Origin: Acidobacteriota bacterium
GTDB taxonomy: Bacteria > Acidobacteriota > Thermoanaerobaculia > Gp7-AA8
Direction of reading: 5' to 3'
NCBI GenBank assembly: GCA_021781455.1
Contig: JAJXWV010000047.1
Span: forward strand, 158,120 to 222,119
Length of the DNA: 64,000 nt
The position numbers and the translations under genes are program-made. Under the pieces are notes generated by a model, which worked only from the letters and a program-made list of their open reading frames with translations, was not told the origin of the DNA and ran no database searches. Numbering within the stretch: the first letter of the stretch is position 1; the number at the start of each line of letters is the position of its first letter. Shown in pieces: positions 30,529 to 40,301 of this stretch.

Positions 30529-32160
30529 CTACTCCCCCACTCCCTCGTGGGGCGTCTGCTTCTTCGTGACCTTCCGCGCGATGGCCTTGGCCTGCAGGAA
30601 GAGGCCGAGGTAGTCGCGGCCGCCGGCCTTCGAATCGGTGCCCGACATGTTGAAGCCGCCGAACGGGTGGACGCCGACCAGAGCGCCAGTGCACTTGCGG
30701 TTGATATAGAGATTGCCGACGAAGAACTCGTTCTGCGCCTTGCGGATCTTCTCCTCGTTATCGGTGAACACAGCGCCGGTGAGGCCGAACTCGGTGTCGT
30801 TGGCGATGGCCAGGGCGTCGTCGAAGTTCTTCGCTTTGATCACCGCCAGCACCGGCCCGAAGATCTCTTCCTGGGCGATGACGGCATTGCGGGCGACCGG
30901 CCCAATGACGGTCGGCTCGATGAAGAATCCCTGTTCCGGATGCACTTGGCCGCCGGCCAGGACCTGTCCTTCCTTCGCGCCCTTGTCGATGTACTCCTTG
31001 ATCTTCTTCATCGCCGACTCGTTGACGACGGGGCCGATCTGCGACTCCCCCTTCTCGGATGCGCCGATGCGCATGGCTTTCGTCTTCTCCACCACCAGCG
31101 GCATGAATTTGTCGTAGATCGCTTCGTCGACGATGAGTCGAGAGCAGGCCGAGCACTTCTGGCCCTGGAATCCGAACGCCGAGGAGACGACCGCGGTGGC
31201 TGCCTCATCGAGGCTCCCCGTCTCGCGGTCGACGACGATGGCGTCCTTGCCGCCCATTTCGGCGATCACGCGCTTGATCCAGATCTGCCCCTTCGGCGTC
31301 CTGGCGGCTTCCTCGTTGATGTGCAGCCCCACTTCCTTCGAGCCCGTGAAGGAGATGAAGCGGATGCGCGGGCTCTGGATCAGCGGATCGCCGACCTCAC
31401 CGCCGGAGCCGCTCATGAAGTTCACCACGCCCGCCGGCATGCCCGCCTCCTCCATCAGGGCGACGAAGCGGTAGGCGATCCACGGCGCATCGGAGGACGG
31501 CTTGAGGATCACGCAGTTACCCGACACCGCGGCAGCGGTGGTCATGCCGGCCATGATCGCCAGCGGGAAGTTCCACGGCGGGATCACGGCGCCCACGCCG
31601 AGCGGCAGGTAGACGAGCTCGTTCTCTTCGTTCGGGATCTTCGTGATCGGCTGCCGGCCCGCATAGCGGTAGGCCTCGCGAGCGTAGAACTCGCAGAAGT
31701 CGATCGCCTCCGCCGTGTCGGCGTCGGCCTCCGCCCAGGTCTTGCCGACCTCGTAGATCATCGTCGCGGAGAACTCGTGCTTGCGCTCGCGAAGCAGCTT
31801 CGCGGTCCGCACGAGCAGTCCGGCGCGAACGTCGACCGGCTGCCTGCTCCAGCTCTCGAAGGCCTTCCACGCCGCGTCGAGAGCCTGCTGCACGTTCTCG
31901 CGCGTTCCCTTCTGGAACTTGCCGACCACCTGCTCCTTGTGCGACGGGTTCGCCGAGCTGAAGGTCTTCAGGCCGGTGATGCGCTTGCCGCCGATGACGA
32001 GCGGATACTCTCGACCGATCTCGCCCTTCACCTTCTGCAGCGCCGCTTCCATCGCGGTCTTGTTCTCGGGTTTGGTAAAGTCCGTGAGCGGCTCGTTCTT
32101 GAATTCACTCAGCGCCGCAGCAGTAGCGCGCTCGGTCCTCGGTTCAGTCAACGTAGTCAT
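30529..32160 (-). CDS. pruA: L-glutamate gamma-semialdehyde (P5C) dehydrogenase
   Basis: FKNEP, EAIDFCEFYA, PWNFP, FTGSKEVG, AEMGGKDA, GFQGQKCSACSR and HPFGGFNMSGTDSKAGG motifs. Confidence 0.94.
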   Translation of the reverse strand: MTTLTEPRTERATAAALSEFKNEPLTDFTKPENKTAMEAALQKVKGEIGREYPLVIGGKRITGLKTFSSANPSHKEQVVGKFQKGTRENVQQALDAAWKAFESWSRQPVDVRAGLLVRTAKLLRERKHEFSATMIYEVGKTWAEADADTAEAIDFCEFYAREAYRYAGRQPITKIPNEENELVYLPLGVGAVIPPWNFPLAIMAGMTTAAAVSGNCVILKPSSDAPWIAYRFVALMEEAGMPAGVVNFMSGSGGEVGDPLIQSPRIRFISFTGSKEVGLHINEEAARTPKGQIWIKRVIAEMGGKDAIVVDRETGSLDEAATAVVSSAFGFQGQKCSACSRLIVDEAIYDKFMPLVVEKTKAMRIGASEKGESQIGPVVNESAMKKIKEYIDKGAKEGQVLAGGQVHPEQGFFIEPTVIGPVARNAVIAQEEIFGPVLAVIKAKNFDDALAIANDTEFGLTGAVFTDNEEKIRKAQNEFFVGNLYINRKCTGALVGVHPFGGFNMSGTDSKAGGRDYLGLFLQAKAIARKVTKKQTPHEGVGE

Positions 32161-32239
32161 GACGATGGTGTCCTTTCAAAGGCTGAGCCCCGGCGTCGAT
32201 GTTGCAGCCTGAGGCGGCGGCAGGATGTTATCGAATTCA

Positions 32240-32965
32240 ATGGTGAGGGCAAGGACCGTAACAGCACTGTGCGCGTTGGCACTCCTGTTTTCTTCGTGCT
32301 CATCCGTTGAGCCGTGGCAGAACGAGCCTGTCGGCGAAGAAGTGAACGTGGCGTTCGTCGTCGACCACAACCTGCTCTACCTCCCCTCGGTCACCATCGA
32401 CAACCGCGCCGGACGCTACTTCTTCAGCACCGCATCGCCGCGGACGGTCCTCGATCCTCGTCTCGTCGCCGAGCTGCATGGCCCCAAGTCGTCCTACGTG
32501 CTGCGCATTGGCGAACGGGAAGCGCTGCAGTTCAATCCCGTCTCCCTGAACCTCGGAAGCACCGGCGATGCCATGCTCGGTGCCGACGTCTGGGGCAACC
32601 ACGCCATCTCCATCGACTACGTTTCCGGGTTGCTCACGTACCAGAAGGAAGGGATTCATCCCGGCCTGATGACGCTGTACAACTTCGACGCCCAGCCGAT
32701 GGTCAACGTCGATCTCGACGGCCGGCAGATCAGCGCCATCGTCGACACCGCCAGCCCGGAAACGCTGGAGCTGCCGGGCCCGATCGCCGGACGCCGCACC
32801 GCGCATGTCACCATCGCCGGATCGGATCTCGGCTCGGTCGACATCGCCATCGCGCCGGGCCTGACCCAGCCGCGACTCGGCAACCGGCTGCTGTCGAAGT
32901 TCCTCGTGTCGATCGATTACGGCCGGCGCGTCGTAGGCCTGTGGCGAGATCCCCGCGTGAAGTGA
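32240..32965 (+). CDS. Lipoprotein with two degenerate retropepsin-like (aspartyl protease) lobes
   Basis: LFSSC lipobox; FSTAS...LGAD and AIVDTAS...LGN.LL..F.V.IDY patterns. Confidence 0.65.
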   Translation: MVRARTVTALCALALLFSSCSSVEPWQNEPVGEEVNVAFVVDHNLLYLPSVTIDNRAGRYFFSTASPRTVLDPRLVAELHGPKSSYVLRIGEREALQFNPVSLNLGSTGDAMLGADVWGNHAISIDYVSGLLTYQKEGIHPGLMTLYNFDAQPMVNVDLDGRQISAIVDTASPETLELPGPIAGRRTAHVTIAGSDLGSVDIAIAPGLTQPRLGNRLLSKFLVSIDYGRRVVGLWRDPRVK

Positions 32966-32969
32966 AGAG

Positions 32970-33884
32970 CTATCGCGCCACGTTCACGGCCGCGCTGCCT
33001 CGCGCATGAATCGCTCCCTGGATCTCGCGCAACGAGTGCGCGCTGCGCGAGGTCAGCGCGCCCTGGATCTCGGCGATGATCGACAGGGCGATCTCGTCGG
33101 GCGTCTCGGCGCCGAGATCGAGACCGATGGGGCTGTGAAGCTTCGCCAGCTGGTCGGCCGGCACGTTCCCGATCTGGGCCAGCAGCTCCTCGCCGCGCGA
33201 TTTCGGCCCGAGGAGCCCGACGTACGGGATTGAGCTCGGGAGGACGGCCGTCAGCAACGCCACATCGTGCAGGAAGTTGTGGGTCATGATCACGGCGGCG
33301 TCGAACGCATTCAGATCGACTTTCTCGTGCACTTCCTCGGGATGGACGTCCTTCGGCGCAATCACCGAAACGCGCCAGCCGACCTGCTGCGCCAGCCGCG
33401 CCACCGGGTCGACGTCGCCGCCACCCCCGAAGACCACCACCGCCCGCTCCGGCCGGATCACTTCGACGAGCAGCTCGCGTCCTTCGTGAGTCGTCGTCCA
33501 GAGCACCGGCTCCCTCCCGTTCCAGCGGAACTCGGTCACCAGGCGCGGCAGATGACGCGCGTCGAATGGCTCGACGTAGACATCGAGCTCGCCGCGGCAT
33601 CCCAGGCCGAGCCCGAAGAGCACGTCGCCATTGTTGGTCGTGTCGTAGACCATGAACGTCGGCCGCGGGTCATCGAGTAACTTCTTGATCCTCTCGGCGA
33701 TGTCTCGCTCGAGGCACCCGCCGCTGATCGCGCCGGTGATCGCCCCTTCTTCGCTGATGACGGCGCGGGCGCCGGGCCGACGATAGGTCGAGCCGCGAGC
33801 GGCGACCACGGTGATGAGAACGCCGCGTTTACCTGCCTCGGTGAGGCACTTCACGGCTGCGATCGTGCGGGTGATCTCGTGCAT
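32970..33884 (-). CDS. XdhC/CoxI family molybdoenzyme accessory protein
   Basis: GSTYRRPGA, GAISGGCLE, GLGC.G, MTHNF..D, YVGLLGP and PIGLDLGAETP.EIALSI motifs. Confidence 0.92.
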   Translation of the reverse strand: MHEITRTIAAVKCLTEAGKRGVLITVVAARGSTYRRPGARAVISEEGAITGAISGGCLERDIAERIKKLLDDPRPTFMVYDTTNNGDVLFGLGLGCRGELDVYVEPFDARHLPRLVTEFRWNGREPVLWTTTHEGRELLVEVIRPERAVVVFGGGGDVDPVARLAQQVGWRVSVIAPKDVHPEEVHEKVDLNAFDAAVIMTHNFLHDVALLTAVLPSSIPYVGLLGPKSRGEELLAQIGNVPADQLAKLHSPIGLDLGAETPDEIALSIIAEIQGALTSRSAHSLREIQGAIHARGSAAVNVAR

Positions 33885-33969
33885 ATTCGAACGCTTGCCG
33901 CGTACGCTACACGTTTTCGCCGCAAGGCTGCAGACACAAATCAGAAACCAGAGAATGGCCGGAACCCAC

Positions 33970-34165
33970 CGTCACTCCGAGCCGGCGTAACCGCGGCCCC
34001 GTCACTCTGAGCCGGCGTAAACCGCGAGGGAGGCGGATGGGCGGGAGCGTTGGAGCGCGGCGAAGAGTCTCTTACCGGGACGATTGGGACGCTGGAGACT
34101 CTTCGCCGCGCTGCGCCGCTCCGCCCTCCCACCTTCCTCGCGGCTCCACCGGCTCAGAGCGACGG
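33970..34165 (+). repeat. Family A element with duplicated left end
   Basis: CGTCACTCYGAGCCGGCGTAA twice, followed by the conserved core and CCGGCTCAGAGCGACGG. Confidence 0.88.
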
Positions 34166-34181
34166 GACCCCGCGGAACCTC

Positions 34182-35171
34182 GTGAAACAAATCAAAGCAG
34201 GTCGTGGTATATGGTCGAAGACGATCATGATGCTGATGGGCCTGCTATCCGTTCTTGCTCTTGCACGGGCCACAGCGGCGTCGACGGAGGGACGGGTGAA
34301 GCCATACCCACGAATCGCGCGACCGACGGAGTCGGATCGCATCCTGATCGTGGCGCCGCACATCGATGACGAGTCGATCAGCGCTGCCGGCTATGCCATC
34401 GACGCGATCGCGAGCGGCGCCCAGGTCTACGTCGTCTTCATCACGGCCGGCGACTGCAACCGCATCTCCGCGCGAGTGGTCAACAAGACCCTCGATCCGA
34501 CAGTCAGCAGCTACCTGACCGTGGGCCGGACACGCATCGCGGAAGCCAGGTCGGTGATGGAGCATGTCGGCATTGCTGAAGACCATTACTTCGTGCTCGG
34601 CTATCCCGATCGGGGGCTGCGGAGCATCGTGGACAACCGGAAGGACATCGTCCGTGCGCGCGGCACCCGCCAGCGCGCCGTCCCGTATGTCGAGGCCATG
34701 ACACCGGGCTCGCCATACACGTTCGAGAGCGTGATGAGCGACATGGAACGCGTCCTGGAGATCGCCGCGCCGACCATCGTGATCGCGCCGGTCGACTTCG
34801 ACCTGCACTCCGATCACAGCGCCACGGCCGAGATCACCGACCTGGCGCTGTTTGATGCCGGCATGCACCCCCGCCGCCTCGGCTACCTCGTGCACTCGCA
34901 GCGCATCCCGACATCGCTGGTGCGCAGGACGCGCCGGGCCCTGCTTCCTCCGTCCAGCCTGCGCAAAATGGCGTGGGCAACCTATCCGCTGACGCCCGAG
35001 GTGCGGAAACGCAAGGACGCGCTCCTCAAGTCGTACCGGAGCCAGCGCCCCTACACGGCGATCCTGCGCAATGCCTTCGTCCGCACGAATGAGCTTTTCA
35101 TCGTGTACGACGGCGCGCGCACCGCGGCTCTGGTGACGCCGGCCGACGCCCGGATCGCGATCGCACGGTAG
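34182..35171 (+). CDS. PIG-L family deacetylase (start uncertain: GTG 34182 or ATG 34227)
   Basis: APHIDDE, TAGD, R..EA, LGYPD and HSDH motifs. Confidence 0.85.
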   Translation: MKQIKAGRGIWSKTIMMLMGLLSVLALARATAASTEGRVKPYPRIARPTESDRILIVAPHIDDESISAAGYAIDAIASGAQVYVVFITAGDCNRISARVVNKTLDPTVSSYLTVGRTRIAEARSVMEHVGIAEDHYFVLGYPDRGLRSIVDNRKDIVRARGTRQRAVPYVEAMTPGSPYTFESVMSDMERVLEIAAPTIVIAPVDFDLHSDHSATAEITDLALFDAGMHPRRLGYLVHSQRIPTSLVRRTRRALLPPSSLRKMAWATYPLTPEVRKRKDALLKSYRSQRPYTAILRNAFVRTNELFIVYDGARTAALVTPADARIAIAR

Positions 35172-35179
35172 ATTCCCCC

Positions 35180-35409
35180 CGTCATCCCAGCCGGCGAAAC
35201 CGCCGTCCCTCCGTCACTCTGAGCCGGCGCAACCGCGTAGGCGGCGGACGGGCGGGAGCGGTGGAGCGCGGCGAAGAGTCTCTTACCGGGACGATTTGTC
35301 AGCTGGAGACTCTTCGCCGGGCCACCCACGGTGTGGGTGGGGCTTTCCAGCCCGCCACTGGAGCGCAGGCTGGAAAGCCTGTCCCACACTTCGGGGCTCA
35401 GAATGACGG
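35180..35409 (+). repeat. Family A element with a family B REP doublet nested at 35331-35389
   Basis: Conserved core TCTCTTACCGGGACGAT; right end GCTCAGAATGACGG. Confidence 0.88.
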
Positions 35410-35410
35410 C

Positions 35411-36400
35411 TTACCGTGAGGCGCCGTTGCTCGAAGTCATTCCGCTCGCGTTCACCTCGCGGAAATGGAGCGCGATCGAAGCGGTCCCCACCTCCGCCCC
35501 GTTCGCTTCCGCGTGCGGGTAGATGAAGTAGTTCAGCGGCTCGGCGGTCTTCGGGTGGAGGACCAGATCGCGACCCATGGTGAACTGGATGCGATCGGGA
35601 TCGAGGTTGCCGAACAGATACGCACGCCTCATCGGATCGCTCGACAGCGAGGCTTCGGATGCGTCGATCGGGATCCAGCCGCGTCCCTTCACGTAGAACT
35701 CCGCCCAGCAGTGATAACCGGTCACTTCACCGTCTTTGGCCGTGAGCGGAAACCCGATCACGAAGCGCGCGGGAATGCCGCTGGCGCGGGCGAGCGAAAG
35801 GAACAGCGAGTGGAAGTCGGTACAGTTGCCGGCTCGAACGTCGCAGACGCGCTCGGTGTCGCCGTGACCCCAGCCCGGAATGGTCTTGTCGTACTTGATC
35901 GAGCTGGAGACGTAGTCGTAGATCGCGTGCGCCTTCTCGATCGTCGTGGTCTTGCCAGCAGTCAGCTGGGCGGCCAGCTTGCTGACCCGCGGCGAGAGCG
36001 TGACGAGCCTGTCGGCCCGCAGTGCGCGCTGGAGCTCAGCCGGCGATGCGCTCGTTTCGGTAGGAGCCGTCATGAGCGCCTCGCTGCGCCGGGCGTTGAA
36101 GTGCACGTCCACTCTGAAGTCGCCGGCCGGAGGATTCGGGATCACGGCATAGGCGTACTGGTCGCCGAATTCCGGGTCCGTGTACCGCGTCCAGTGGTAG
36201 GGCGAATCGATCACGAGGTCGGAAACGACCTGCGGACCGCACGTCATGGGGAGCGGAATCCAGACCTTCAGATTCTTCGTTCCCGCCGGGATGGCCTTGA
36301 CCGTGGCGGTGTAGGTCGCGTCGAACGTCTTGACCTTCTGGGCGAAGGCCGTCGACGCCAGGGCGAAAAGGGAGAGGAGAATCAGTATCCGTCGGGTCAC
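35411..36400 (-). CDS. Secreted transglutaminase-like protein
   Basis: GTG start with GGAGGA RBS; signal peptide; catalytic triad in GNCTDFHSLF...HCWAEFY...WIPID. Confidence 0.88.
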   Translation of the reverse strand: MTRRILILLSLFALASTAFAQKVKTFDATYTATVKAIPAGTKNLKVWIPLPMTCGPQVVSDLVIDSPYHWTRYTDPEFGDQYAYAVIPNPPAGDFRVDVHFNARRSEALMTAPTETSASPAELQRALRADRLVTLSPRVSKLAAQLTAGKTTTIEKAHAIYDYVSSSIKYDKTIPGWGHGDTERVCDVRAGNCTDFHSLFLSLARASGIPARFVIGFPLTAKDGEVTGYHCWAEFYVKGRGWIPIDASEASLSSDPMRRAYLFGNLDPDRIQFTMGRDLVLHPKTAEPLNYFIYPHAEANGAEVGTASIALHFREVNASGMTSSNGASR

Positions 36401-36534
36401 TTGGAGCTCCTCCTTTTGAGCAGGAACAAACGATGAACAGCCGGTTCGGTATTTCTTTCGACGTGCGGGCTTCATGCCCGGTCGACCCTGGCCGGTGCCG
36501 CGCTGGACGCGGCGACGACGGGCGGTGGAAACCC

Positions 36535-37785
36535 TCACACCTTCACGACGATGTTGCGCTTGTAGAGGACCCACAGGATCCCGTACCAGAAGGCCACGAA
36601 GCAGAGGGCCCACAGAAGCGAGGCGAACTTGTCGGTGAAGTAAGGCTGAAAAGCCACGCGGTACGTCCACGCCTGCAGCGGGATTCTCTCGCCCTGGTAG
36701 CTCACGTGAATCAGCGAATAGATGAGTCGCGCCATCAGGCCCGACCCGGCGAACGCGATCAGCGGGTTGAGCCCGTACACCGCGAACGGCTGGGTCCAGC
36801 CGCGCACGTGATAGACGTCGATCAACCAGAGGCAGGTCGCCAGCGCCACGCACGCGAAGCCCGCCGTGAAGAGCACGAACGAGCTGGTCCAGAGATTCTT
36901 GTTGATCGGAAATTGCCAATGCCAGAGCTCGGCGGCTACCATGGCCAGGCACCCGCCTCCGAACAGGCCGGCCACGCGCTCGATCAGCGGCTTGTCCTTG
37001 CGGGTGATCCACTGTCCCGCGAGGATGCCGAGCAGCGCCGTGGCCACTGCCGGAATCGTCGACAGCGGCCCCTCGGGATCCCAGCGCTTGGTCTCGGCCC
37101 AGGTGTGGTTGGTTCCGAGGATCAGGCGGTCGCTCCAGGCGGCGAGAGTCTTGTCCGGAACCGTCTGCACGAAGGCGCCGATCGTCCCGGTGCCGGGCAC
37201 CGGCACGAGCATCATGATCATCCAGTAGCCGAGCAGGATCGAGACCGCCGTGATGATGATCTGTTTGCGGGTGGCGCGAAGCGAGACCAGTCCCGCCACG
37301 AGATAGACGATGCCGATGCGCTGCAGCACGCCGAGGTAGCGCAGGTGCTCGTATCGATAGGCGAACCGCTGCAGGAACGACGGATCGGGATTGCCGGCGA
37401 TCTTCCCCCACCAGAAGAACGGGAAGGCGTTGAGCGCGAGGCCGATGAAGAAAATCATCAGGCCGCGGCGAATGACCTTCTTCACGAGATCGCGCTGCGC
37501 GGCGCCGCTGGCCTTGCGGGTGCCGAGGGACAGATGCGTGGTGATCCCGACGATGAAAAGGAAGAACGGGAAGATCAGGTCAGTGGGTGTCCAGCCGTTC
37601 CACGGCGCGTGCTCGAGCGGCGGGTAAATCGCGCTCCACGAGCCGGGATCGTTGACGAGCAGCATTCCGGCGATGGTCGCTCCCCGGAAGACGTCCAGGG
37701 CCAGAAGACGCTCCATCGGCAACGGCGCAACGGTGCTGGTGACGGCGGGCTCTGCCTCGGTTTTGGCCAGTTCGGCGACGGACAT
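36535..37785 (-). CDS. HGSNAT/NagX-like membrane acyltransferase (DUF1624/DUF5009)
   Basis: RLLALDVFRG, LVN.PG, H..WNG.T.TDLIFP.F, GVLQRI, DPEG and PINKNLWT motifs. Confidence 0.9.
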   Translation of the reverse strand: MSVAELAKTEAEPAVTSTVAPLPMERLLALDVFRGATIAGMLLVNDPGSWSAIYPPLEHAPWNGWTPTDLIFPFFLFIVGITTHLSLGTRKASGAAQRDLVKKVIRRGLMIFFIGLALNAFPFFWWGKIAGNPDPSFLQRFAYRYEHLRYLGVLQRIGIVYLVAGLVSLRATRKQIIITAVSILLGYWMIMMLVPVPGTGTIGAFVQTVPDKTLAAWSDRLILGTNHTWAETKRWDPEGPLSTIPAVATALLGILAGQWITRKDKPLIERVAGLFGGGCLAMVAAELWHWQFPINKNLWTSSFVLFTAGFACVALATCLWLIDVYHVRGWTQPFAVYGLNPLIAFAGSGLMARLIYSLIHVSYQGERIPLQAWTYRVAFQPYFTDKFASLLWALCFVAFWYGILWVLYKRNIVVKV

Positions 37786-37834
37786 CCAAAGAGACTACGC
37801 CGAAATCTTAAATTGAAAACCAAAAACCGCCCTC

Positions 37835-37918
37835 GTGTGGGACAGGCTTTCTAGCCTGTCCATGGCGGGCTGGAAAGCCCGCCCCCACGAGGACAGGCTA
37901 GAAAGCCTGTCCCACACG
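37835..37918. repeat. Family B REP triplet
   Basis: GTGTGGGACAGGCTTTCTAGCCTGTCC ... GGACAGGCTAGAAAGCCTGTCCCACAC perfect inverted repeat with a third unit between. Confidence 0.88.
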
Positions 37919-37924
37919 AGGAGC

Positions 37925-38752
37925 TCAGTTCGTTGCCAGCACCTTGTAGGCCTTCAAATGCCGCACGGCTCCGGCTTTGTCGCCGCGGCGCTCGAACAGG
38001 CCGGCGAGGTTGAAGTGCGCGTCGGCGTTGTCGGGGTCGAGCTCGAGGGCGCGCTGGTAGGCGGCGATGGCATCGCGTAGCCGCCCGAGGTCCTCCAGGG
38101 CAACGCCGAGGTTGAACACGGCCACGGCATGACGCGGCTCGACCCTCAGCGCAGCCCGGTAATGCTCCTCGGCGGCCGCGGGAGCGCGGCGCTCATGCAG
38201 GAGCCGGCCGAGGTTGACGTGCGCATCGGCGTGGTCGGGGTCCGCCTTCAGGATTCGTTCATAGACTTCGATGGCGTCGTCGACGGAGGTCATCTCGAGC
38301 TCACAGGCGAGCGCGTACCAGTCGTCGACGGACATTGCCTCGGCGCGGCTCCGGGCCTCTTCCGCCGCGCGGCGCGCGAACGGAGCCGTTTTCGCGACCA
38401 CGTCGGCAACCGCAAAGTCGAACAGCGCCTGTCCCGACTCGGGGTTCCAGACGGCATCGCCGTCGCGCACCACCACGCGCTCGCCGTCAGCAGCGATGCG
38501 CACACCGGTCAGCGAGCGCCCCTGCGGCAGCTGCACGCGCAAGCGCTCCAGGACGCGCTTCACTTTTCGCGACGGGATCTTCGCCGCCGAGAGCTCTCCC
38601 GCCGTGCGGAGGAGGATCAGGTCGCGGAAGCCGAACCGCAGCTCGCCGCGGCGGCCGCGCTCAGGCTCGAGGAATCCCTTGCTGGCGTACGACCGGATCC
38701 GCCCAGGCGAAAGCCCGAGCATGGCCGCGACCTCGCGGAGGGAGTAGGACAT
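37925..38752 (-). CDS. MerR-type HTH plus TPR protein
   Basis: YSLREVAAMLGLS...IR....GFLEP...F.F.DL HTH; ESGQ.LFDF linker; AHVNLG, AVFNLG and AHFNLA TPRs. Confidence 0.85.
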   Translation of the reverse strand: MSYSLREVAAMLGLSPGRIRSYASKGFLEPERGRRGELRFGFRDLILLRTAGELSAAKIPSRKVKRVLERLRVQLPQGRSLTGVRIAADGERVVVRDGDAVWNPESGQALFDFAVADVVAKTAPFARRAAEEARSRAEAMSVDDWYALACELEMTSVDDAIEVYERILKADPDHADAHVNLGRLLHERRAPAAAEEHYRAALRVEPRHAVAVFNLGVALEDLGRLRDAIAAYQRALELDPDNADAHFNLAGLFERRGDKAGAVRHLKAYKVLATN

Positions 38753-38788
38753 GCCGGAAATTGTAGTCGGTCGGTTCGGGCCCGGGGC

Positions 38789-38893
38789 GAATTGAGAATT
38801 GAAAATTGAAAATTGAAAATTGAAAATTGAAAATGGCGTGTCTTTCAATTTTCAATTTTCAATTCTCCATTCTCCATTCTCCATTCTCCATTC
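38789..38893. repeat. Two-armed heptamer array, GAGAATT/GAAAATT then CAATTTT>CAATTCT>CCATTCT
   Basis: Read directly; the unit sequence drifts along the arm. Confidence 0.92.
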
Positions 38894-38898
38894 CCGTC

Positions 38899-39789
38899 CT
38901 ACCGCGCCCTCGATTTCGCCGCAACCACTTTCCGAGCCGCCTGCTTTGCCGGTTTGCGCTTGGCCTCGGCCTTGATCGGCATCTTGGCGACCCTAGCCGC
39001 ACGCGGTGCCGTGTTGCGCGATGCGCCGAGGCTCGCTTTCAGCGCTTCCATCAGATCGATGACCTGAGCCCGCGGTTCCTGAGTGAGATCCGAAGTGATT
39101 TCCTGGCCGCCGTCGACCTTCTTCTGGATGAGCTCGCGAATCCGGTCCGACACTTCGTCCCGGTACTGCTCGGGATGGAACTCGTCCGCCGCGCCCATCT
39201 CGGCGAGCTGGATCGCCATCTTCAGCTCGTTTTCCTTCACCTGAGCCTCGCCGATGTCGAGGTCGTTCATGGAGCGAACTTCGTTGGCGTAGTAGAGCTG
39301 CTGCATCACCAGGCCCTTGCCCAGCGGCCGCAGGATGACGAGGTAGCCCTTGCCGCGCGCTGCATACTTCGCCAGCGCCCAGCGCCCCGTCTGCTCGAGC
39401 GCTTTGGCCAGGAGCGTGTAGGCGCGATCGGCGCCGCGGTCGGGCGCAAGGTAGTAAGCCTTCGAGAAGTAGATCGGGTCGATCGTCTCGCGCGGCACGA
39501 ACTCGCTGATCTCGATCGACTGGGTGGACTTCTCCTCCAGCGTCTTCAGCTCCTCTTCGGAAAAGAGGACGTACTGTCCTTTCGAGAACTCGTAGCCCTT
39601 GACCACTTCGCTGCGGTCGATGGTGCGCTCGTCCTTCGGGCAGAAGAGCTGCTGCTGGATGCGGTTCCCGCAGTCCTTGTGCAGCATGTTGAAGCTGATC
39701 CGCTCCGACGACTCGGCGGCGGAAAAGAGTTTCACCGGAATGGCGACGAGACCGAACGCGATCTGTCCGGTAGCAATGGCTCTGGGCAT
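38899..39789 (-). CDS. ku: Ku protein (NHEJ DNA end-binding)
   Basis: G.IAFGLV.IPVKL, VKGYE, IEI.EFVP...IDP.YF...YYL.P and VIDLMEALKASL motifs; basic tail. Confidence 0.95.
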   Translation of the reverse strand: MPRAIATGQIAFGLVAIPVKLFSAAESSERISFNMLHKDCGNRIQQQLFCPKDERTIDRSEVVKGYEFSKGQYVLFSEEELKTLEEKSTQSIEISEFVPRETIDPIYFSKAYYLAPDRGADRAYTLLAKALEQTGRWALAKYAARGKGYLVILRPLGKGLVMQQLYYANEVRSMNDLDIGEAQVKENELKMAIQLAEMGAADEFHPEQYRDEVSDRIRELIQKKVDGGQEITSDLTQEPRAQVIDLMEALKASLGASRNTAPRAARVAKMPIKAEAKRKPAKQAARKVVAAKSRAR

Positions 39790-39895
39790 GTCCTCACCTC
39801 AAGTGCGATGGTAAACGAGGGCTGGGCACCGTCTGTTCCGTATCGGGGTGACCGAATATTGTGCAGTCAAGCAGTGACGAACGCAACCACAGGGC

Positions 39896-40180
39896 CTTTG
39901 TCGAGGCGGCGGAGCCGCCGACAGAAATCAGCGGCGGCCGTCAGGCCGCCGTCCGATCGGCCCGGCCCAGTCCGAACGCGCGACAGATCCCCGGTCGATC
40001 TTCCCCGGCCTTCTGTCGGGCACCTCGTGCCCTCGTAGGCTGACGCGATCGCTTGCTCCGGCGGCCTGACGGCCGCCGCTAAATTCTTACGGCGGCTACG
40101 CCTCCTTGAATCTCGCCGCTCCACGGCTGGGTTGCCCTCTTCGAAATTTCCCCGGACCCACTGAATATCCTGAAGAACCT
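39896..40180 (+). repeat. Family D ~290-bp multi-hairpin element, copy 2
   Basis: Colinear with 15256-15570. Confidence 0.88.
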
Positions 40181-40182
40181 CA

Positions 40183-40301
40183 ATTCAGGATTCTGCGTTC
40201 TATTCGATTTCTGAATTCATTCATTCTGAATTCGGCAATTCAGAATGAAGAATGCAAAATGGTGAAAATGAATTCAGAACGCAGAATTCAGAATGAAGAA
40301 T
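40183..40301. repeat. Degenerate heptamer array (ATTCTG / CAGAATG-AAGAATG type)
   Basis: AT-rich 7-bp periodic GAAT/ATTC units; arm polarity reversed relative to the other arrays. Confidence 0.75.
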
